Shown here: positions 46,137 to 64,000 of the stretch, piece after piece | Layout: each line of letters starts with the position of its first letter | Numbering within the stretch: position 1 is the first letter of the stretch | Source of the DNA: Amoebidium appalachense | Taxonomy: Eukaryota > Protista > Ichthyosporea | DNA: 64,000 nt | Direction of reading: 5' to 3' | Assembly (NCBI GenBank): GCA_963693365.1 | Contig: CAVNZM010000001.1 | Coordinates: forward strand, 11,124,161-11,188,160 | Made by a program: the position numbers and the translations under genes | The notes under the pieces: generated by a model | Databases searched by the model: none | What the model saw: only the letters and a program-made list of their open reading frames with translations | Told to the model about the DNA's origin: nothing

Positions 46137-46639
46137 CGGGTGTTTCTTTTAGGCCGATTAATTGGCCACATTCCGGCACATCCGGATCAAGCCATATAAA
46201 TCAAAAATTTGAACTGCAATCTTGTTCCTAACGCTTGGTTATTCTTCTTTTCTTTTTCTTTCTTTCTTTCTTTTCTTTTTTTGGGGGGTTGTATCATGGC
46301 ACATCTGTGCCTTGCTGCCGGCAAAACGTGTCGGTTACCGGGACCGGCTCTGACGCGCAGCAGGCCAATCACATAGATAGAAACCCCTCTGACCCGACCC
46401 GACCCGGAAACCTAAAAGAACCCCCCCTTTAACTTATGTTTTTTCTGACTTGCATTGGGTATAATGAATCAAAACCTTTTGTTTATTCATTCTTTTGGGA
46501 GAGGTTTTCGGTTTAAAGCTTGGTCGGCGTAGTGCCCAGGGTCTTTCTTCCGTTCTCTCTCTCTCTTACAAAGTTTTTCTTTCCTGTCCCCCCCCCCCCC
46601 CCCCAAACTCAGACGCAATTGATGACTTGGGCCCTCCCT

Positions 46640-46775
46640 GAGGATGGGCTCTGCTTATGACGCATACTGTGCGCATGGCTGATGCTGCATAGTTGAATGT
46701 TTGCCTTTGCATGTGTCCTGCACCATGCTTCTCATCGTGTATGCGTACTTCGTACTGTGTTCCGCATTCAAACCC
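46640..46775 (+). repeat. Diverged copy of transporter intron 2 sequence (44360-44495)
   Basis: tctgcttat..gcatactg.gcgc.t.gctgatg.tgcata..tgaatgtttgc..tgtgtcctgcacc..tacttcgtac.gtgtt is shared; both copies end in poly(C). Confidence 0.8.
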
Positions 46776-46791
46776 CCCCCCCCCCCCTCCC

Positions 46792-46843
<52 letters not shown>

Positions 46844-47359
46844 GTAAGGCTTATGTTGTTGTTTGACATGTCTGGGATTTTATGTAGTACTTTTTAATGT
46901 TTCATTTTCTTGGGCAAGATGTTTTGTTCAAGAGTATGGTAAGTGCCAAAGGTGTTTCTTGATGTTGTGCCAAACTTTTTTGCTATATATATCCGCACAC
47001 TTCGTGTCATTACGATTGATAGCCTTGAAGGACCATTGGATGCACAGCAAATGTCATGTATACATTGAGGTTCCCTCGTTGGATTGCTGGAATTTAAAGT
47101 TACGCGATGAATGTAACCCTAAACCCCGCACTGTAGATCCATATACTGTACATACATAGAGGATTCAATTTGTATTTCAATGAACTAATAACAGAGTCTT
47201 TGTCTTGGACCGCTGGCGGTGACCTTATTTCATGCACGATGCAAAAAGAATTGAAAGTGCTTGAAGCAAAAGCAAAGAACTTGACCTGTGTTTTTAGTTT
47301 CTTTCGAAACTTCATTGTTGGTGACTGCCAGTATGTGTGTGTGTGTGTGTCGGTGTGTG

Positions 47360-47425
<66 letters not shown>

Positions 47426-47438
47426 GGTGTGTGTACAC

Positions 47439-47482
<44 letters not shown>

Positions 47483-47664
47483 CAGTGACACTGTAGGTAG
47501 GTGGGTGGGTGGGTGTGTGTGTATGTGTGATCGTGCGTGTCGACGTGTGTGTGTCCGTGTGTGTGACACGTGCGTGTGTGCGTACGTGTGTGTGCGTACA
47601 TGTGTGTGTGTTGTATGTCGGTGTGTGTGCATGTGGGTGTGTGTGTGTGTGTGTTGTGTGTGTC

Positions 47665-47705
<41 letters not shown>

Positions 47706-47770
47706 ACGTGTATGTGTGTGTGTGACACTGTGCGTGTGTGAAGCTGTGTGTTTGTGTGTGCGTGTGTGAC

Positions 47771-47868
<98 letters not shown>

Positions 47869-48031
47869 ATGTACTAGTTCAGGCCGCATGTAGTGTGTCA
47901 CGTTACATGTGCGTGTACAGTACGTACGTACTGTGGTGTTCACCGTGGCGCCCGCTTGTGTGTATGTGGGTGTACGTATATACATGTGTGTGAGGGGTGC
48001 CAGAGGCAGCACGTGGGTGGGAAGTTGAGGG

Positions 48032-48069
<38 letters not shown>

Positions 48070-48162
48070 GGCCCCTTTCCAGGTATCGATGCATCGAGGC
48101 ACATGTACATAGATCCCCGTACACCATTGTGATTGCTGACTCAGTGAGTCCATGCAGTGGCG

Positions 48163-48204
<42 letters not shown>

Positions 48205-48477
48205 ACACGTGCACACACACGCACTGCTCAGTCAGCGCAGCCAAACAAAGGAATGATAATTTATCATGGCAAATATGTAGTCGAGCCGTTTTAACCCTTG
48301 CGATGCAATGCGATCTCGTAAGCAGCGAATCGATTGGCTGGCTATGGTGCGTCCTAGTGGGCATTTGCGCGTCAACTACGGCGGAATCTACCCTGTGCCT
48401 GTGGCCATAGCCCATGGACTATGGCAAGAGTGCCGCATAGTCTACATAGGAGAGAGAGGGGGGGGGGGGGGGGGGGT

Positions 48478-48546
<69 letters not shown>

Positions 48547-48633
48547 AGATAGAGAGCTAGAGACAGCTGATTGATAGACTCGGAGAGACGCTGAGAGAGA
48601 GAGAGATCTGAGAGAGAGAGAGAGGCGGGGAGG

Positions 48634-48667
<34 letters not shown>

Positions 48668-51216
48668 GGGGGGGGGGGGGGGGGGGGAGGGGAGAGAGAG
48701 AGAGACAGAGGGGGGGGGGGGGGGAGGGGGGGAAGGGGGGGGGGGGGGGGGGGGGAAGAGAGAGAGATCCGAAGTAGTTGAAGTTCGAAGTGAACGCTCC
48801 AGTTGCATGGCAGTGCCTGAGTGCAGCCGGGGTATGAAAGTGTGAAATTTCTGTTCACGAGAGCTCATTATGAAGAAACTTGAGCAAGTTGGCCGGTTTC
48901 TCCAACTTGAATGGCCTTATCTATATATAAATATCTATATAAATACCTAAGTATCTATATATACATATATTTATTATGCTTGGTTTTGCTAAGGCCACTG
49001 GCTGAAAGTCAAGCGCGTCCACTCTCCCTCAGCCGCTGGCATGGGATAACAAGCCTTCAAGGTCCGTGGAGGAATGTCACGCAATCACTGTATCCAACAC
49101 ACCTCCAACCAATCAACGCGTCGCAAGCCGGCGCTCGTGGGAAACGTTTGTACATACATACGTGCACGGTCCGCACTTGGCGGCGGTAGCAGGTAATTTA
49201 CTTGAAGAAAAAAATAAAAAATAGGAGCTAAATCCCAATGGGCCAGACTTTTTTTTTTTTCAAACAAGCTTTATTAAACGGTGCATGTGTGTGTTTATCT
49301 TAAAGAGTTTCAAGGTTTTACATGCACCAATCAGGACGTTTATCTGTTCCGCAATATTCAGTTTAAATTCCTAAGATTCCTTGCGTGCCACCATATGAAC
49401 TCGATGGAGTTGGTTCGTGATTTGATATACTTCTCTCGGCTTTAGCTTTCAGTTAAGCAAGGGCAATGGGTATATTTGGAAATTGTTCAAAGTTTCAAAA
49501 TAAAATTAATAACCCGTGATATTGCTTTTGCGTGAATTTGCTCTCTGCAATCGACAAAAAACATACCGGTTATAGTTTCGCCGAGTAACGCTACGGATAC
49601 ATACAGCATACAGCAATACAATAAACGATTTCACGCTCTGTGACTGGCTCTACAATAGTAGACCGCAGATGATGATGAAAAGATTCAAGGGGAAAAACTA
49701 CAACGGGCCGTGTAAGCAAGGCGTATCTATGTTGTCCTGTTAGCACACACAAATCTTGGGCTTAGGAAGCCACCTCAGATAGCACTGAGGCCCTCCTCGG
49801 CAATTTTCGCTCGCACTACATACGAAGGTTCATCGGACACACGTGCAACTGGCACGCGTCGCATATGTTTGTCACGGGTGACGGGGCCACTAGGGCAGCA
49901 GGGAGGGTCCCTTTAGCCAATCATTGCAAACGTTCTACTTCGTGTTACCTGTAGCACCTACTGCTCATGTCACGTTCCTCTTGATCAGACTATTTGCAGT
50001 CGGAAAACGACAACTCACAACTCATCGCAATCCACAAACCGTTGTATGTTGTCTCTTTTGATTGGTACCAACGTTGCTTGTAGCTGCACCGCCCTTCATA
50101 CAGTCAGCCATTGCAAGAGACACCATCATCACTACTGTTCACTCAATTGGCACACATCCTACTAATACTCGTCCCAATTTGCAGTGTTTTTACTTGAACC
50201 TCGTATGGTCAAAGTCACAGTAGGCTAGCTGGTCTTTGAAATCACAATCATACAACATACTCACGGGCTGTCACATTCAGAAGGGGTTGCATTAGAGGCA
50301 CTCAGTTTCTTGTGGCAAAAAGTACTAGTTGATGAAAAAAAATTAGCACAGTGGAGTACACGGCTCAAGACAGTCGAGGCCTGTGCTTGGCCCCAATCTG
50401 AAAGGCCTCTGCACTTGAGTAACCGATAAACAAACCGTACAATCTCTGTCAAGTTGACTCGGAACATGTACAGTACTGAGGTGCCAGCTTCAAGTTCCCA
50501 TGAACAAGTCGGCATGAAAAGAGCACACACTTCGTAGGAACTGAGTTTCTTCTATTCGCACAATAATCATTGTTGGTAACACTTCTTTCTCTATAACGGA
50601 ACCCATAATTACAATATATCCATAGCACCATAGCGGTGTATACACAGGTATCGCGATCCACCAAGTTAATAACGCCATCAACTTATGGAAAGCTTGAATA
50701 GCCATTATTGTTACCACAGAGAAATTTTGAACGGGGGACATCGCCCCCTCTCGGTCACAAACGTTTCTTGGGACTCTTCAGTCACAGGAACTGGCAGAGA
50801 TCTAGAAACAGGATTCTCGACTTTGAAAATAATTGAACCGTTCGTGCCACTGAGCCCGGGTACTTTCAACGAAATATTTTGAAACCACCATCGTTAAAAC
50901 AACAGGCTCACTAACGTAAACGACTGAGCGTTAATCAAGATTTGTCGGTGAGGCGGGAATTTTCATATATCAACATATTTATTACGGAGGACGCTGTCAC
51001 AGGGCAAGCAGCAGTATTTGAAGATGGCACGTCATACAAAACTCCCAAAACTTGGAATTGCGCTCTTGACACTCCTCCAGATTAGCACTGCTTTTTCACA
51101 AAGCCTGAAGCTTCGAAAGTATCCATGTAAGCTTATCCCCCCCCCCCCCCCCCCCCCTCCCCCCCCTCCCCCCTCCCCCACCCTTCCCACGTGGTGCACT
51201 TGCACAAGGTGATACG

Positions 51217-52477
51217 TGTTGGAAGTAGAGTCCGCTGTGACTAGGGTCGTCGTGGCGCGCTTGGGCGCTGACCCGTTTTTTTACTGCTTTCAGTGTGTTA
51301 ACTCCATGACTGAACTCCATGACTGAACTCCATGACTGAACTCCATGACTGAACTCCATGTCTTTACTCCATGACTGAACTCCATGACTGAACTCCATGA
51401 CTGAACTCCATGACTGAACTCCATGTCTGAACTCCATGTCTTTACTCCATGACTGAACTCCATGACTGAACTCCATGACTGAACTCCATGACTGAACTCC
51501 ATGTCTGAACTCCATGTCTGCACCTGGCAGAGACGTGGCTTATATACCCGTGGGGCAGCAGTCTGGAATGTAATCCGGATGCCAGGTGCTAATCGGATTG
51601 GTTACTTTCATTTAGAGATCTCTGGGACCAGTGAACCAATCGTTTGCAGTCAAAACACAATTGGCAACATTCCTCAACTATGCAGATGTGCATGTGGTGA
51701 TCGAGTGTCAGCGTGTGTCTGTGTACACGGAACCAATTGTAAAGCTAACATACACATATTGTGGAGTGAGCGTAAGTCTGCACTCCAACACCCCTACCCA
51801 ATTGGAGAAGTGTACACACCACTGTAGAGAAGAGAGAGTGAGTGTGGCTGCTTGCAGGGTAGACCGGGGTGTGCATTCCACTGTGGTGCGTGCCCCGCCA
51901 ATGAAGTGGAATACTTGACGTTGATGTCGCAGGCTGCTGCGGATGGAGTTTGTGGAAGCGAAAGTCTCTACTTCACGGAAATACGCTCGCGGGTGTAGGG
52001 TACAGCCTAGAAGTCGGTTTCTGGCTCCTCCGTTCAAGGCGTCGTAGGGGACGTGAAGTTAGAGGCCGCGGTGTCGTGTCTGGGCCCATAACCCTGTTGG
52101 AAGTAGAGTCCGCTGTGACTAGGGTCGTCGTGGCGCGCTTGGGCGCTGACCCGTTTTTTTACTGCTTTCAGTGTGTTAACTCCATGTCTGACTGAACTCC
52201 ATGACTGCACCTGGCAGAGACGTGGCTTATATACCCGTGGGGCAGCAGTCTGGAATGTAATCCGGATGCCAGGTGCTAATCGGATTGGTTACTTTCATTT
52301 AGAGATCTCTGGGACCAGTGAACCAATCGTTTGCAGTCAAAACACAATTGGCAACATTCCTCAACTATGCAGATGTGCATGTGGTGATCGAGTGTCAGCG
52401 TGTGTCTGTGTACACGGAACCAATTGTAAAGCTAACATACACATATTGTGGAGTGAGCGTAAGTCTGCACTCCAACA
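51217..52477 (-). mobile_element. Non-autonomous miniature Copia-type LTR retrotransposon (TRIM-like)
   Basis: LTRs 51217-51790 and 52095-52477, each TGTTGGA...TCCAACA; 5-bp TSD ATACG (51212-51216 and 52478-52482); minus-strand PBS GGTTATGGGCCCAG next to the right LTR; PPT TGGGTAGGGG next to the left LTR; 304-bp interior with no recognisable gag/pol; TATATAA in each LTR on the minus strand. Confidence 0.93.
51301..51521 (+). repeat. 13-bp minisatellite (ACTCCATGACTGA x17) inside the 3' LTR
   Basis: 17 in-register units, with a 78-bp higher-order repeat marked by the tcttt and tctga variants. Confidence 0.95.
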
Positions 52478-53342
52478 ATACGCACCCTTTTTGCCCTTCC
52501 TCCCCGCTCACCAGCCAGCATATCAAACCGCCGGGTGGTGCGTGCGTGGGTGGTTTTTATTTTATAGACTACTTGTTTAATACGTTATTGCGGCACTGAG
52601 ATAGAAGGGAGAGGGGGTTCTACATACAGTATTCATGGAATTCTTTAGGAAGCTAAATAACAATAGATATATTCGCATTGGTATTAATATAGACACGAGC
52701 ATATGGCTGGGCTATGGATGGTTGTATATAGCTAATCACGTCCATTCCAGGAAAATAAATTTCAATGAGGGGTTCCAGTTGACACCTGGAGTTATCAGCG
52801 GCACATCAGCCCGATACGTGTAGGTCTTTCTTTTTGGTCTGTTTGGCTGCCGTGTGTAGAGGGATTTTTTCGAATGTGCACATTAGTGCTTACGTAAGAC
52901 TATTCCCCGTAATTACAGACACACTTCTCAGTGGGCTTGCATTATTATCTCTACCTGGTCCAAACACCAAGAAGTTAAAGGCTTCCAAAATTCCAAGTGG
53001 AAAAAAACCTACCTTAGGGCATAGTACTTCAAAGTATCCAAGAAGAAGATAACGAACAATGTTGTTGTAACCTGCAATGTAAGAATGTTCTGTTGATAAT
53101 GGAATGGTCAGAGAACCTGATCTAGGGTGGATTCTGGTCTTATTTGGGCTCACAGAACGTGTTGAGAGCCTTATAGGGCTTGGTATTCTTTGGTAAATGA
53201 ATGAATCGGTAGTGTATCAATCAAGTGTGTGGAAGTTTGTGTAGTGGTGAAGGGCGAGCGGCGGCAGTTGAGAGAATGAGCATGTGTCATGAAGAGATTC
53301 ATGGACTAGGTGGATACGGTGATGAATTCAGTTGCAGACTCA

Positions 53343-53415
<73 letters not shown>

Positions 53416-53445
53416 TGGGGGGATGGGGGGGGGGGGGGGGTCCCC

Positions 53446-53520
<75 letters not shown>

Positions 53521-53937
53521 GATGCTAAATTTCTTTCTATCTGCAGCTATCTGTGTCAGGCGACGTATCCATCCCTGACCTGGCTCACGTGCAGGGTGAT
53601 GCCGCCTGCAACCAGCACTAGTTCTGTGTAAGTGACCCATCTCAGTTGTTTCATGCATCAAGATCCAGGCTATTGGCTTGGCTTGGGTTGTCATGTACTG
53701 TATGTGTGATCTGGGCAAATGATTTTGTGTCTAAGCAGCGGAAGTCAGGTTCCGCATGCAGCGAATGTCAAGTTACAAGTTGAAGTTACAGTGGTTGCTT
53801 GATCATGACGTCCATGATCCAGGGGCTGTGGCAAAAATAAGCAATGTGGAACGGTATAACCAAGCGGTAGGCCCTGTCGAAAAAGAACACGCTTCTTTTG
53901 TGACAGTTTAAAAGCAGCATCAGAGTGGGTTGGCATT

Positions 53938-53977
<40 letters not shown>

Positions 53978-54918
53978 AGAACCTGATGCAAATGAGGACT
54001 GAAGATGTGTTAAACTTGTAACAGTTCGCGTTTTTTCTGGCACATGCTCTCTCTTTCAAGCGCTTTTCGGCTGCGGAAAGCCTCGCAACTATTGGTCACG
54101 ATGATAACAAATAGTTTGGCCGTGGCCCGATTGACTTGAACTGTTACATGTCGATTACCCCCAGCTATCTCTATGTAAACAACATCTGCTCAACCTGGAC
54201 TTCAAGAGGTTGTAGAATGTGTTACATGTGCTTTACCTCTTGCTTATGACGGGTATTACTGTTGAGAGACGGTGGCCGCGGCTGGACGACAAACTGCAGC
54301 AACCTTCCTGCCAGGCAGATGTTCATCGTGAATACATCGGCAATAGTTAACATATTGGCGATAGTCAGTACGAACTCGAACAGTGTAACCCATACGAAGT
54401 AATTGTAAGTTGTATTCACGGCGCCCGCCTGTGTTTTCGATAATTATAGCCTAATATGGGAGGGAAGAGAAGAGAATTTGGACCTTCTACAGTTTTGGTC
54501 TTGTTTTTCTTTTCTTTTCTTTTTTTTTTCCCTCTTGGCTGGGGTGGGCATATTAATCAGGATGCCGAGGTGTGCTTTTCCGGAGTCAAATTAGATAGTT
54601 GCAGCAAACACATCCACACGTGACACACGCACAACGTGAGCTACCAGGCAAATCGGGCATTTTCCTCGGAACTTGAATCAGATGTTGAGTCTAGCGCTGC
54701 AAATAAGTTGTAATGAAATAGCATACTGATAGGAAGTTCAAAGCATGAAGGAAATGGGTTCTTCTGTTTTAGTGGTTTGGTAAACGCACATCAGGCCTCG
54801 GTTACTTTACAGTCAACAAGTCCAGGCCACAAATAAATGTAGCAGATCACTGGCGCTAATGGCAAGATGGCCTGTACTGTTACAGTACACATATCATACG
54901 CCAATTTCACAATCAGTG

Positions 54919-54957
<39 letters not shown>

Positions 54958-55060
54958 ACACACACACACAAAAAAAAAAAAACTTCCTAATGTTTCTTTT
55001 GGGTAAATAGCCCCCCCCCCCTACAAAAAGAAAAAAAGAAAAGAAAAGAAAAGAAAAGAA

Positions 55061-55096
<36 letters not shown>

Positions 55097-56405
55097 AAAC
55101 TTCCTCATATTTCTTTTGGGTAAATAATGGTCACCCCCCCCCCCAAAAAAAAATCCCTCCAAAATCTCTCTGCTTTGTGCTTTTTAGACTTCCTGCACTA
55201 CACTCCCCCCCCCCCCCCCCCCCCCCCCCATCCCAACCTCCACGACACTCCCCTCCTACACACACGCATGGACCACTTCTGACACGTACAACACAAAACA
55301 CGCATTTCTAACGCATTTAACTGAAGCACCCGCATACACAAACCCTCAGTGCAATATGTTTGCTCCACGGGCCGTGAGAAAGGTCTCTAGCTGATAGCAT
55401 AGTGGGTTTTCCTAGTGCCACTAGCACAGTAGTCCCTTCAATGGCGTGGTAATCGGTTCGTGATGTTTTTAGACGGTGGTGCCGTAGTGGGTCACACCCT
55501 TGGTGCCGTAGCTGTGAATGACATTGAATTGTGTTTCCATTCGTTCCGTTAGCCACACAGGCCTCTTTTTCTGCCACACTCCTCACTCACCTATCCACTT
55601 TCCGTCACCCTGACTTTACCATCATTGACTTTCTCCTTATAACACGGGTTACTACCTGACTGCTCAACTCTCTTTTTGTTCAATACCTGTACATACCACC
55701 CTCCCAACCTCGTTGATTAGTTTTTTATTTTTTATTTTTATTTTAGTTTCTATTTATTTTATTTTTTGATTATTTATTGGTGTAAGTGTATGTGCCTGTG
55801 TGTGTGAGTGTGTGCATCCGGTTTGCATGGTCTCGGTTATGTTATGTGTCGTTTTTTGATTAGTTAAAATTAACAAAGGGCTGTATTTCGTATATATCAA
55901 GATGTACATATCCAAACATTTATGTGGGGCACATGTGTTTATGGATTGGCCGGAGGGAGCGGCCAATAAAGTGCAACGATCCCAATGACACTACACACCG
56001 TATGCATAAAAGCTGCACACCCACACACATGCGTGCACTTAGGCTAAGCATTTACTAATACCCCGCCGGATCTACTAACACCGTGCCTAAAGACGGGCTT
56101 CCAAATAATGAAATGGGTTCACGTCTATGTCGGAATTTTCCCTCGAATATCCTTTATATGGCAAATGCACAATCTCTGAACAAGGAAATAACACCATACT
56201 TTTAGAAAAGCCAATCATACACCCAGGCATCCACATGACGGAAAATCCGACGTCTCATTGACGTCCGCAACCTTACTATGACCTACATGTACGTAACAGG
56301 GGGCATGAAATAGGACGACAATCTATATATATAAAGCCCTGTGACGCTATTTCTAGCGGTTAAATGCAACGAACAAAACAATACTTGGCACGTTTTAATG
56401 TGCTC

Positions 56406-63646
<7,241 letters not shown>

Positions 63647-64000
63647 CTTCACGTGGGGGGTGTAGAAGTTAGTGCCCGTACGGGAGAGAGGGGGAGGGGG
63701 GTGGTGGTGGTGGGGAGGGGGGGGGGGGGGGAGGGGGGAGTGGAATGTGCATTGTTTTTCAGTGTGAAGGTGAACTTCAGAATCACGAGGCATTATGACC
63801 GGGAGCCGGGAGGAGGAGGAGGAGGAGGGGGGGGGGGGGGAAGGGGGAAAGGTGGAGAGCACACATACATGCACACACCCACGCATACATGCACGCACGC
63901 ATGCCGTATGCTTCGCACGCACGCGCCGCACGCAGCGCACCCACGCACGCACACACGCACGCATGCACGCACACAAGCAAGCGCCCACGCACGCACGCAC

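Noticed and set aside
51096-51523. MEFSHGVQSWSSV repeat ORFs
   Set aside because: Translation of the 13-bp LTR minisatellite.
52080-52094. tRNA-Met gene
   Set aside because: Only a 15-nt anticodon-arm match, explained as the primer-binding site; no cloverleaf.
52690-53160. Ankyrin-like words (GYNNIVRYLL, PLHTAAK) on the minus strand
   Set aside because: Isolated, wrongly spaced for a 33-aa repeat and interrupted by stops.

Overview
Eukaryotic, intron-dense genomic DNA saturated with poly(C)/poly(G) runs and (CA)n/(GA)n microsatellites. The proteins look opisthokont-like, but the species cannot be determined from this window. Almost all ORFs in the supplied track are microsatellite artefacts. 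Reading splice sites by hand gives: (1) a complete 26-exon SPX-EXS (XPR1/SYG1/PHO1-type) phosphate exporter gene, 2389-23478 (+); (2) two intronless, head-to-head paralogues encoding small secreted proteins that look like propeptide precursors, 27545-29367; (3) a nest of three related non-LTR retrotransposon families, 32750-40975, including one nearly intact ORF1 + APE-RT element; (4) a 3-exon sugar-porter (GLUT-like) gene with altered substrate-binding residues, 41355-46136 (+); (5) a non-coding miniature Copia-type LTR element (TRIM-like) with a TSD, a half-tRNAiMet PBS and asymmetric LTRs, 51217-52477 (-); (6) the last 12 exons of RPA1 (RPA70), 56406-63646 (-). The most unusual observations are intron arrays built from amplified copies of the adjacent exon end plus splice donor, a splice-site grammar based on poly(C) and (CA)n, and the paired prohormone-like genes. 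All calls come from manual reading and motif recall; no searches or alignments were run.
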